Source of the DNA: a virus
Taxonomy: Duplodnaviria; Caudoviricetes
IMG/VR virus record: IMGVR_UViG_3300049982_000330
Span: 1 to 56,357 of that record
Strand: one strand, 5' to 3'
Length of the DNA: 56,357 bases
Shown here: positions 37,496-45,906 of the stretch, piece by piece
Layout of the letters: every line of letters begins with the position of its first letter
How positions within the stretch are numbered: the stretch's first letter is position 1
Program-made: the position numbers and the translations under genes
The notes under the pieces: generated by a model
What the model was told of the DNA's origin: nothing
The model's input: the letters and a program-made list of their open reading frames with translations, nothing else
Database searches by the model: none

Positions 37496-38496
37496 CTCGT
37501 CGCCTCCAGCCAGTAGGTGGCGCGCGCCATTTCCTCGTAGGCGCGCGCGGCATCCTCGTCGCCGCCGGCCATGTGCCTGACCTCGTGCCCGGTGATCGCG
37601 TCCAGCTCAGCCGCCTGGCACAGCGCGTCGGCGTTCAACCAGACTTCACCCGCCCAGGACACCGCCTTGCCGAGCAGCTGGTCACTCGGCCAGCCGAAGC
37701 CCGGCCGGGCGGACTCGCCGTACATCTCCAGGTAGTCGCGTTCGCCGTCGGTCTCGCTGCGGAACCAGCGCAGCCGAGGCCGCGGGGCGACCTTCAACCG
37801 CTCGCAGTGCTTGGTAAGCGCCGAGTCGACGATGACGCGTTTCCAGGCCGGAACCTCATCCGCCGCGAGTTCGACGTACCAGCTCGACACGTGCCGCTCC
37901 GCTTCCATCAGGACCGTGCGCGCGTGCTCGCGTTCCTCAAGATCCCGAAGGTTCCGCTTCACGATTTCGCAGGTGTTGACGACGGCGAGCCGCTCCATCC
38001 ACGCCCGGGTCTCGGCGTCGAGTTCGCCGGGCGGCCTGTTGTGCTTGACGGCGAGGGTCCGCGTGCCCACGCCAGCCCCGCGAAGGACTGGGCTGACCTC
38101 GAACACCTGTACCTCTTCGATGAAGCGCACCCGCTGGCCGGCGAACTCGCCGAACGACTCCTTGGTCACGTTGTAGCCGTAGCTCCACTCCTGGAGGCCG
38201 CCGAGCTGCTTGACGACGGTGAAGGTGTCGCGACCGGCCATGGTGTCGAGGAAGAACCGGCCTTCCAGGATCGCCTCATTGGCGGTCTGCCGGATGGTGC
38301 CCAGCCCGACCGGAAGCTCGCCGTCCCAGGTCCTGTGGCCGTAGCTGGAAATCACGACGGGCGCACCGTCGGCGAACGCTCCCGGCCGTGTCACATCCCG
38401 ATCGGAGTCGATCGCGTTGAACGTCGAGAAGATGGCCCGCACTTCGCCCTTGGACTCGTCCTTGATCTCCAGCAGGAGACTCTTGGTGTCCACCAT
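37492..38496 (-). CDS. Prohead protease paralog fused to an HEXXH domain
   Basis: First ~150 aa align with the helper protease; C-terminal ITGHEVRHMAG. Confidence 0.85.
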   Translation of the reverse strand: MVDTKSLLLEIKDESKGEVRAIFSTFNAIDSDRDVTRPGAFADGAPVVISSYGHRTWDGELPVGLGTIRQTANEAILEGRFFLDTMAGRDTFTVVKQLGGLQEWSYGYNVTKESFGEFAGQRVRFIEEVQVFEVSPVLRGAGVGTRTLAVKHNRPPGELDAETRAWMERLAVVNTCEIVKRNLRDLEEREHARTVLMEAERHVSSWYVELAADEVPAWKRVIVDSALTKHCERLKVAPRPRLRWFRSETDGERDYLEMYGESARPGFGWPSDQLLGKAVSWAGEVWLNADALCQAAELDAITGHEVRHMAGGDEDAARAYEEMARATYWLEATR

Positions 38497-38886
38497 TCAC
38501 CCCTCCCTTCTGCGCGCGGCCTCGGCCGCGACGGCGTCGCGCTCGAAGACCCACCGGCCCCGCTCCAGGCGTCCGCCGAGTTCGGCGGCGAGCTGGCGCA
38601 CGCGGCGCGCGGTGAGTCCGAGCAGCGCCGCGACCTGATCGGCGCTCAGAGGCGAGGATCGCCCGATTTCCGCGATCGGCGTTTCCGAGCTTCCGTTCGG
38701 CAGGTCAGGGCGTTTCCGCGCCCGTCCGGCTCGCTCCAGGTCACCGATCGCGGCCAGCAGCTCGGCACGCGCGTGCGGCGCCACCCGATCGAAGTAGCCC
38801 TTCCGCGCCAGGTCGCGAAGGGCGACGCCGGCGAGCTGCGCGATCTGCCCGGACAGGACCGCGGCGTCCTGGACGTAGGCCACCAA
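38497..38886 (-). CDS. HTH DNA-binding protein (excisionase/AlpA-like C-terminus)
   Basis: LSADQVAALLGLTARRVRQLA...GRWVF. Confidence 0.75.
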   Translation of the reverse strand: MVAYVQDAAVLSGQIAQLAGVALRDLARKGYFDRVAPHARAELLAAIGDLERAGRARKRPDLPNGSSETPIAEIGRSSPLSADQVAALLGLTARRVRQLAAELGGRLERGRWVFERDAVAAEAARRREG

Positions 38887-38887
38887 C

Positions 38888-39055
38888 TCACCTGCCGTCC
38901 GCGGCTCGGACGGGCCAGCGCTCGCTAAAACAAAGGACGTGCATCCAGTCGCCTCGGGCGCCGATGCGGCAGATCCGTTCCCCGATGTGGATCGCGCGAC
39001 GACACAGCGGACAACGGCTCTCCCTGCGCGCCTTCCGCGCGTGGGTGGCGATCAT
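38888..39055 (-). CDS. Small zinc-finger protein
   Basis: CPLC...IHIGERI...WMHVLC. Confidence 0.6.
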   Translation of the reverse strand: MIATHARKARRESRCPLCRRAIHIGERICRIGARGDWMHVLCFSERWPVRAADGR

Positions 39056-39888
39056 GCCGACCTCGCCATGGCCCGGCACTGCGGGCACTGCGGCAGACCG
39101 GTGTCCGGGCGCGCCTGGTCGCCGCCGGGTGTGCCGTGCTCGCACGGCGGCATCTGACCGATCGAGGCCAACCACACGCCGATGTCGGACCGGCCGCGCG
39201 CCGTACGTACCCGCACGAGCACCGGGGCCAGGTCCCCGTGATGGGCCATGGTGCGCAGGAGGCCGGGAAGCGATCGGACCTTGTTCTCAGCCTCGATCGT
39301 CTTGATGACGCTCTCTGCCTCCTCCTCGGTGGCGCCCGTGGCGGCCGTCACGATCCGTACGGCTCGCGCCCGCGCGGATGAGGAGTTCTTGAGGATCTCT
39401 GAGGAGATGGGTCCCCCGCTTGGGGGAGCTTCAGCACTTGAAGCTCTCCCGCTTGGGGGAGCTTCGGGACCAGGCGGGGGAGCTTCAGCACTCGAAGGTC
39501 TCCCGGATGGGGGAGCTTCAAGCTCTCCCGCTTGGGGGAGCTTCAGCGCCGGGCATTCGCCGGGCCTCGGAATGTAGAACTCCATGGCATGGCCGTTGCA
39601 GGCGAAGAGCATGCGCCCCCGGTCGTCAGTGACCGCCTGGCCCTGCTTGTCGCGGACCGGCACGCGGAGCTCGATGCCGTTCGCTCCGAGTTTGCCCAGC
39701 ACCTTGCCGAGCTGCTTGAGGTCTGCAAAGCCCGTCCGGCGGATCACCGTCGCGATCACCGCTCCGCCGTACGCGCGGCGAGTCCGCTCGTTGGCCTGGT
39801 CGGCGATCTCCAGGGCCACCAGCCGCTCGCCGGAGGACAGGCCAGGCGGCAGATGCTCGGCGAGCCAGCGCCGCAGCTCGTAACCCAT
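39052..39888 (-). CDS. Putative replication initiator
   Basis: LSSGERLVALEIADQAN wHTH-like N-terminus, internal iterons, C-terminal CEH...CPQC; start ATG 39888. Confidence 0.7.
   Translation of the reverse strand: MGYELRRWLAEHLPPGLSSGERLVALEIADQANERTRRAYGGAVIATVIRRTGFADLKQLGKVLGKLGANGIELRVPVRDKQGQAVTDDRGRMLFACNGHAMEFYIPRPGECPALKLPQAGELEAPPSGRPSSAEAPPPGPEAPPSGRASSAEAPPSGGPISSEILKNSSSARARAVRIVTAATGATEEEAESVIKTIEAENKVRSLPGLLRTMAHHGDLAPVLVRVRTARGRSDIGVWLASIGQMPPCEHGTPGGDQARPDTGLPQCPQCRAMARSA
39422..39544. repeat. Five GGGGGAGCTTC direct repeats (putative ori iterons)
   Basis: Copies at 39422, 39455, 39476, 39509 and 39534. Confidence 0.8.
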
Positions 39889-40169
39889 CAGGTCTCGCCG
39901 GCTTCCTGCTCTTCGCGCTCCCGGCGAAGCGCCTCGGCACTGATCTCCACCAGGGCCCGGCGCCGCGGCGAGGTGTTCATCTGGTCGCCGTGCATCGCGG
40001 GCGGCAGTCGGCCGTTCCACATATCCGGCGTACTGAAGAACAGCGGCGCCTGCGTGAGCCGGGCGCGCAGGTCGACGTACGCGAGCACCCGGGCCCGGCG
40101 CGCGGCGCACTCAGCTCGCTCATCGGCAGCGGCCTTCCTCAGCAGCGCTGCCCACTCCTGGCCCTTCAC
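39888..40169 (-). CDS. Hypothetical protein
   Basis: Coupled within the operon. Confidence 0.6.
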   Translation of the reverse strand: MKGQEWAALLRKAAADERAECAARRARVLAYVDLRARLTQAPLFFSTPDMWNGRLPPAMHGDQMNTSPRRRALVEISAEALRREREEQEAGET

Positions 40170-40414
40170 GGCGTCACGCCCGCGAGCGTGCCGCGCTGCC
40201 GGGCGATCTGACCCAGCTCCTCGAGTTGGGTCAAGCGGTCAAGGACGCGTTGCCGATCAGCTGGCCGCAACGACCGCAGCGCGGCGGCAGCAGACCGCCC
40301 ACAGGAGTTTGCCCGCGCTCTGTCGGACCGGCGCTGTACGCTGACACCATCGTCGTTAACGCGTTTCGAGGCCGCTCCTGCCCGGGGGCGGCCTTCGGCG
40401 TTCTCAGGCCACAT
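40166..40414 (-). CDS. Hypothetical protein
   Basis: GGAGG RBS; coupled to the next gene. Confidence 0.45.
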   Translation of the reverse strand: MWPENAEGRPRAGAASKRVNDDGVSVQRRSDRARANSCGRSAAAALRSLRPADRQRVLDRLTQLEELGQIARQRGTLAGVTP

Positions 40415-40646
40415 GGCGCACCTCCCCGCCCGCGTCCTGGTGGCCGAGGAGCACCTGAGCGAGGCGCACGCGTTGCTCGGGAGTCGGACTCGGTTCTGAA
40501 CCGATGAGCCGCTGGATGTAGTCCTCTGCGGCTAGGACCTTGAGGTCCCGGCGCTGGGTTTCAACCAGCTCAAGCCGATCCGGATGATGGCGCCTGGTGG
40601 CTGCGTGCTGTGCCCGTAAGCGGCGGCGCTCAGGAGAAAGAGACAT
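40404..40646 (-). CDS. Putative recombination directionality factor (phiRv1 Rv1584c-like)
   Basis: RRDLKVLAAEDYIQRLIGSEPSPTPEQRVRLAQVLL matches my recollection of the phiRv1 RDF pattern; downstream of the serine integrase. Confidence 0.65.
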   Translation of the reverse strand: MSLSPERRRLRAQHAATRRHHPDRLELVETQRRDLKVLAAEDYIQRLIGSEPSPTPEQRVRLAQVLLGHQDAGGEVRHVA

Positions 40647-40795
40647 GGATCCCCCAGAAGGCAAATGCCTTGTAAGGGGCTCCTCATACGTGGCCGTCTC
40701 GGGAGCCGGTTTCGCGTCGCCGGGTAGACCAGGCCCCACGTAGGCCCCGCGACACGCCCTGCCGTGCACAGGACAGTAGCAAGTCACCCAGGCGT

Positions 40796-41095
40796 TCACA
40801 TGCCATATCGGCTAGGAGGCTGGAGAGATTCAGTCGGACCGTAACTCTCGTCCAGATTGGAATGATCAACACGAGAAAGCCCCGGACCTTGGTCCAGGGC
40901 TTCGTCTCTGCACTGAGCACAATGGCACTGCGGCGGAGGATCGACGGGCAGGCCGGCGGCTATCTTCTGCCGTCGCCGTTCCAGCGCCACGGCGAGCATG
41001 CGCACCGTCCGATGCACCCTCGCCGTCATGCCAGCGGAGTTTTCCTCGGGATCGTGGGTCTCAGACATGGCTGGAAATATCCTTTCCTTGCGCAT
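40796..41095 (-). CDS. Hypothetical protein
   Basis: ORF with CHCAQC; weak support. Confidence 0.35.
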   Translation of the reverse strand: MRKERIFPAMSETHDPEENSAGMTARVHRTVRMLAVALERRRQKIAAGLPVDPPPQCHCAQCRDEALDQGPGLSRVDHSNLDESYGPTESLQPPSRYGM

Positions 41096-41098
41096 AGC

Positions 41099-41131
41099 AA
41101 AGAGCCGCGAGGGATATGCTCGCGGCTCTTT
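41099..41131 (-). terminator. Terminator downstream of the integrase
   Basis: 13-bp stem AAAGAGCCGCGAG/CTCGCGGCTCTTT. Confidence 0.75.
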
Positions 41132-41154
41132 CGCTGGGTTTAGGTGCAGCGCGC

Positions 41155-42849
41155 CTACCGGCGCCAGGTGATTGTCATTCGGTCAGTGTTCGCCGTTGGG
41201 CGACGATTCTTCCCCGGGCCGGGCTCGTACCCCAGTTCTTGGATGGCGGCTCTCACACGCTTCTCCAGTTCGGGTGACTTGGCCTTTCCCAGGATTACCA
41301 GACTGACGAACCCCTGACTGACACCAGCGTGCTCGGCAACGTCCTTCTGCGTCACGCGCTTGGTGGAGTGAAGGGACCGATTCTCGTAGTGGATCGTGAC
41401 CTTTGCGATCCAGTCATCGACGAATTTCCGTTGCTCGTCGAGATGCATCTCCGGCCACAAGGTCCGAAGCTCCTCGGGGTCGATGTCCCCGACCGGTGCA
41501 GGCAGCTCGGCGAGCTCGCGTTCGAACGTCTGAGCCTCCTTCATCAGCCCGTCATTCATGACGTTGAACTGCTCCGTGGTGAGCTTGCGCCCGTTCCACA
41601 TCTGAGCCAGCTCACCGCGCCGAAGGTCGAGGGCATCGAGTTTCTTCACCAGGTCTTCGCGGCGCGCGAAAAAACTGTCCTGTGCGAGCAGTCGGGCGGC
41701 GTTGTACTCCTTCAGCTTCTTGAAAAGGTGAACGGCTACGTGTCCTTCTGCCGCCCTGGCGTCGATGGTCGTCCGGCCACATCCGCCGGTCACCTTCGTG
41801 TCGCAGGCGTAGTAGGCGTAGTCGCCGCTGGGCCGCGCCTGCATTGGCTTGTCACAGACCCCGCAGAACGCCCGGTAACCGGTCAGCAGGTAGGCACGCC
41901 CCGACCTGCGTCGCGTCTTCTTCCGCGAACCGATGACGGCGCACAGCGCCCGCCATGTCACCTCGTCAAGGATGGGGGGCCAAGTCGCTTTACCCACGAT
42001 CTCGCCTCGGTGGACACGCAGCCCGGCAACGCACGGCGCGGTCAGGAAGTCGGCAACGCTCGTGGCAACGAACCGGCCGCCGTGCTTGCCTCGCAGGCCC
42101 CTGCTGTTAAGCCACGCGGCTACGTGCGCCAGGCCCCATCCGTTCAGGATGCGGTTGGCGCACTCCGTGATGATCTCGGCTTCCTCGGGCATGATCTCGG
42201 CGCTCTTGCGTCCCTGCTCATCGAGGACGGCCCGCCCGCCCGCAGGCCGCGGATTGTCGGCCTTCCACTGCCGCATCTCCTGGCCGCGGATCCTGGCCTG
42301 ATGGCGGCGCTCCTGCCACTCCTGGAGGCGGCTCTGCTCCTCCGGAGTCAGGATCACCTGCCGGTAGCCGTAGCCGAGACGGCCAGGCGGGCGCCCCTGT
42401 GAGGCAAGTTCGCTTTTTTTATCGAGGATGCGCTTCCGGAGCTGCTTGACCTCGTGCGCGCCGAGAACCGCATTGATCCCCGCGAAGACGCCGTCAACGT
42501 CGATGACGCCGTTCCGCTTGGTGTGAACCTCCGTGACACCAGCCTGCGCGAGGTCGGCCGCCAAGCTGAACCACTCGACCTCGCGGCGGGTGAGCCGGTT
42601 CTGCTCGACGGACCACAGGTGAGCAGACTCGCCGCGCCGGATCGCGTCCCGCATCTTCTCGAACTCCGGGCGAAAGACATCGTCCTTGGCCGCCGACAAG
42701 TCGTTGTCGGCGAAGACCTTGATCGGCATGTCGGGCCACCGGTCCCCGGCGTACTCGCGGCCCCACTTCTCCTGTGCCTGCACCCCCTCGGCGCGTCCTT
42801 GCTGGTCGGCGCTGATCCGGCAGTAGATGAAGACGTATCCCGTGCTCAT
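41155..42849 (-). CDS. Large serine recombinase (integrase) with LacI-type HTH insert
   Basis: YCRIS catalytic motif, DNDLSA, RPEF, NRLTR; zinc ribbon CGVC...YYAC...C; coiled coil. Confidence 0.95.
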   Translation of the reverse strand: MSTGYVFIYCRISADQQGRAEGVQAQEKWGREYAGDRWPDMPIKVFADNDLSAAKDDVFRPEFEKMRDAIRRGESAHLWSVEQNRLTRREVEWFSLAADLAQAGVTEVHTKRNGVIDVDGVFAGINAVLGAHEVKQLRKRILDKKSELASQGRPPGRLGYGYRQVILTPEEQSRLQEWQERRHQARIRGQEMRQWKADNPRPAGGRAVLDEQGRKSAEIMPEEAEIITECANRILNGWGLAHVAAWLNSRGLRGKHGGRFVATSVADFLTAPCVAGLRVHRGEIVGKATWPPILDEVTWRALCAVIGSRKKTRRRSGRAYLLTGYRAFCGVCDKPMQARPSGDYAYYACDTKVTGGCGRTTIDARAAEGHVAVHLFKKLKEYNAARLLAQDSFFARREDLVKKLDALDLRRGELAQMWNGRKLTTEQFNVMNDGLMKEAQTFERELAELPAPVGDIDPEELRTLWPEMHLDEQRKFVDDWIAKVTIHYENRSLHSTKRVTQKDVAEHAGVSQGFVSLVILGKAKSPELEKRVRAAIQELGYEPGPGKNRRPTANTDRMTITWRR

Positions 42850-43865
42850 AGTTCGGATTGTGGTTTAGGTGGGGTGCAACCGGCGAGCCCTTCGCTGAAG
42901 CCCACGATGACCGCCGGGACACCGGCCGCCGCCGCCATGCGCGTCTCGCCGGCGCCCTGGGTCGCCTTGAAGTCGAGCTGCTGCAGGTCCTTGCCGACGA
43001 CGTTCACATCCGCGCCGCCGCCCAGGTAGAGCGTCTTGTACGCGTTGTCGACGCCCCGGTGCTGCTCGTTCATGACGGCGATGAACCGCTTGAGCATGTC
43101 GGGCGTGACGCTGGCGTCCAGCGACACAACGACCTGCGGCGTCGCGCCGTTCTCGAAGAACGCGCCCTTGTGCTTGGTCGCCGCGAGGTCGGAGGAGATC
43201 TCCCGCAGGATCGGGGTGATCCAGCTCATGCCCCGCCAGTGGCACTCCGGGTCCGGGATGGGCGCGAAGTGCGCCACCTGCGACGGAAGGAGGAACCACT
43301 CCTTCTTCGTCATGGGCGGCGCGTAGAAGTAGCCGAGCACCTCGGCGTCCAGCGCGTGGCCGTACAGCTCCGGCTCGGACTTGGAGCCGCTGACGATCGT
43401 CACCCAGTCGGGCCGGAGCCGGCGCAGGCGGCCGGGCTGACCGGGCACCTTGGCGATGAAGGAGTTGCCCGCCAGGTCGACGTCTTGGATCTTCCTGGCC
43501 AGCAGGTCACCGGTGGTGCCGTTCGGCCACGGCCGCTCGAGCAAAGCGAGGTCCTTGTTGCCGAACAGGTCACCCGGGCGGCCGTTCTTGATCCGCCGGA
43601 ACTGGAAGCGGGCCTCGGAGAAGACGAGCATCCGGGTCGCCATCAGCGCGAAGATGGGGCCGTTGGACTTCGCGATGCCCTGGACGTAGCCCTCGAAGTC
43701 GTTCTCGATCTGCTCGCGCTCACCGTTCAGCGACGTCGAGCCGAGGAACGGGAAGCGCAGCCGATCGAGATCCCAGAAGTCTGGCTCCGACCAACCCTTC
43801 TGCGGATTCCGGGCAGGCTTACGCCCGCCACGGTGCGCCGCCGTGACCCGCTCGATCAGGCCCAT
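42846..43865 (-). pseudogene. Portal protein, 5' fragment (HK97-type)
   Basis: LLERPWPN, LAGN, LRPDWV, GMSW, FFENGATP and AAAAGVP motifs; follows terL. Confidence 0.92.
42850..42900. other. att junction at the portal 5' side (core CGG 42880-42882, minus strand)
   Basis: Portal-like sequence ends at ...GFSEGLAG, followed by 10 unrelated codons and a TGA overlapping the integrase ATG. Confidence 0.8.
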
Positions 43866-44101
43866 CAGCCCGGGTCAGCCTCGGCGAGCTCGTCACGCCG
43901 GAACGCGGCGACCTGCTCGACACCGCCGCCAAAGAAGAAGACCTCGACATCCGGGAACCGCTCCTTGAGCATCGGCGACACCTGCTCGCGGAGCCTGACG
44001 AACTGCTCGACGGTCACATCGGTACCGAGCCGGAGGACCAGCAGGTCCCCCGGCCGCACGACGACGGCCTGCTCGATCGCGGGCAGCTCCAGCTCAGCCA
44101 T
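43865..44101 (-). CDS. Hypothetical protein
   Basis: VRPGDLLVL motif; coupled. Confidence 0.65.
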   Translation of the reverse strand: MAELELPAIEQAVVVRPGDLLVLRLGTDVTVEQFVRLREQVSPMLKERFPDVEVFFFGGGVEQVAAFRRDELAEADPG

Positions 44102-44330
44102 CCTCGCCGTCCTTCGCCGTGCTGGTCCGCCCGGCCTCGCGCCAGCCGATCACCAGTGCCGTCCGCAGCATCACCAGCCCCAGCCAGACCTTCCGCAGCG
44201 TCCAGCCGAGGGCGTAAGGCACCGCCAGGACCAGAGTCCAGAGCAGGCGGGCCGCCGCGAACAGCGCCTTACGCACGTCCACCTGGCGGGCCTCGGCCGA
44301 GATCTCCTCGACCGGAATGGTCAGCGCCAT
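44094..44330 (-). CDS. Small membrane protein between terL and portal
   Basis: GGAG RBS; hydrophobic segment. Confidence 0.65.
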   Translation of the reverse strand: MALTIPVEEISAEARQVDVRKALFAAARLLWTLVLAVPYALGWTLRKVWLGLVMLRTALVIGWREAGRTSTAKDGEDG

Positions 44331-44340
44331 CTGCTCTCCC

Positions 44341-45906
44341 TCACACCCACACCGCGAACGGTTCGACGACTTCTTCCTCGATGTGGCCCCGGGTCGCCAA
44401 CCCCCAGGCGGCCGACGTGACCGCGACCAGCGCGCTGATGTCCACCGTCGCCGCCTTGGAGTCCCAGGCCTTGGCATCCCCGAGCGGCCGCGTCACCGCG
44501 CCGGCCAGAGCGACGTCCAGGGCGGGGTGAGGCAGGTACCGCAGCGTCGGCTCGCCCTGCTCCGGCATCACCGCGTCGACGAACTGGCCGAACGCGTGCC
44601 CGACTTCCCTTGCGGTGGGCTTCACGATGTCCAGCTTCACGACCTCGCCGGTCGCCGGATCCACGATCTTCACCGCTTCCAGATCGGCGATCAGCGACCC
44701 GGCGGGGCTCCCGGCATCCACCACCCACGCGCACGGATCCCACCGCTCCTGCAGCTGCTTCGCCCGAGCCGGAACCCACTTGGTCCCAGGCCGGTAGTCG
44801 ATGACCTCGATGTGCGTCAGCCCGTCCGCGCGCTGCCCCGCCGTACCGATCGCCGCCCAGCTGCGGTCAGGGGCGACGTGAATGGCGAACGCCACCCGGC
44901 CGACCGCCTCCGACCCCCGGTAGATCAGGGTGCCGTCGTCGTCCCGCACTTCCGGATCGGCCAGCGCCCGCCACTTGTCCTCGGGGATGACCTCCCACTT
45001 GGACTCCTCATCCACCGGCCAGTCGCCGACGCCGAGGCGCTCGCGAGCAAAACCCTTCGCGCCCATGGACGCACGCTCGCGTTCGACGTGCTCCAGGGAG
45101 ATCCGGATGCCGAGCGCCGGGTTCGCCTTCGCCACGCTCACCGGGTCTTCGGGGTTGTCGTGCTCGGTGCAGGTGATGACGTTCCGCTCGTCGCGCTCGC
45201 ACTGGTCGGTGTGCGGGTTGATGCTCCACTCCGCGTAGACCAGGCTCAGGTCACCGCCCTTGATGCCCCGCCGGCGCACCCGGGCCAGCTGCTCGCACGG
45301 GGCGATCGTCTTGTCGGCGGCCGACGACCCGTACCACAGCTGCGGATTCTCCCTCGCGCTCATCGTCGGCATCAGCGCGTCCACGCTGGTCGCAGGCAGG
45401 TTGAACGCCTCGTCCATGATGTTGACGTCGCCCGAGAAGCCACGGCCGGAGCCGGTCGAGCGGGCGACGAAACGGAGCCTCTGCCCCGACAGCAGCTCGA
45501 TGCCCTCATCGCCGTGCGAAGTGCGGATGCGCCGCACACGCTTGCGGAAGTCGTCATGGTTCTCGACCAGCGCCTGCATCCGCAGGAACATCTCCTGCGC
45601 CGTCTTGAACTCGTGCGCGCTGTAAAGGATCAGCTGCTCGCCGAACAGGAACAGACCGCCCAGGCACCTGGCCTCGAAGATCGACCCCTTGCCGTTCTGC
45701 CGGGAGACCACGATGCCGACCTCGAAGGCCGCCCATCGGCCGTCCTCGCGCTCGCCCAGGCCGTGGTGGAGGCAGTACTCCTGCCAGGGGTCCATCGTCA
45801 GGCCCGCCGAGGCCGCCAGTTCGACGACCTCCTGGCCGGCGGAGGAGACGTAGGGCGGGATCCACGAGATCCGCGGAGTCTGGACGCCGATGAGCGTCTC
45901 GGTCAT
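44341..45906 (-). CDS. terL: Terminase large subunit
   Basis: DPWQ, Walker A VSRQNGKG, GRGFSGD..IMDEA, ANPALG, RERLG; start ATG 45906. Confidence 0.95.
   Translation of the reverse strand: MTETLIGVQTPRISWIPPYVSSAGQEVVELAASAGLTMDPWQEYCLHHGLGEREDGRWAAFEVGIVVSRQNGKGSIFEARCLGGLFLFGEQLILYSAHEFKTAQEMFLRMQALVENHDDFRKRVRRIRTSHGDEGIELLSGQRLRFVARSTGSGRGFSGDVNIMDEAFNLPATSVDALMPTMSARENPQLWYGSSAADKTIAPCEQLARVRRRGIKGGDLSLVYAEWSINPHTDQCERDERNVITCTEHDNPEDPVSVAKANPALGIRISLEHVERERASMGAKGFARERLGVGDWPVDEESKWEVIPEDKWRALADPEVRDDDGTLIYRGSEAVGRVAFAIHVAPDRSWAAIGTAGQRADGLTHIEVIDYRPGTKWVPARAKQLQERWDPCAWVVDAGSPAGSLIADLEAVKIVDPATGEVVKLDIVKPTAREVGHAFGQFVDAVMPEQGEPTLRYLPHPALDVALAGAVTRPLGDAKAWDSKAATVDISALVAVTSAAWGLATRGHIEEEVVEPFAVWV

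Larger units (their letters stand above)
27252..42882 (-). mobile_element. 15.6-kb integrative satellite-like element inserted in the helper portal gene
   Basis: Portal halves rejoin in frame at CGG (27249-27251 and 42880-42882); serine integrase at one end; RDF-like, rep-like, cos copy, protease paralog and TMP paralog inside. Confidence 0.9.

Noticed and set aside
39422-39544. CRISPR array
   Set aside because: Repeats are 11 bp with short, partly repetitive spacers inside a CDS; no cas genes
27252-42882. Insert as a second complete prophage or a tandem duplication of the helper
   Set aside because: It lacks capsid, portal, terminase, tail tube and lysis genes; only cos, protease and TMP are shared, and in a different order
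26825-43865. Portal as an ordinary decayed pseudogene, or two unrelated portal remnants
   Set aside because: The halves rejoin exactly in frame, with no lost or duplicated codons, at a shared core beside an integrase
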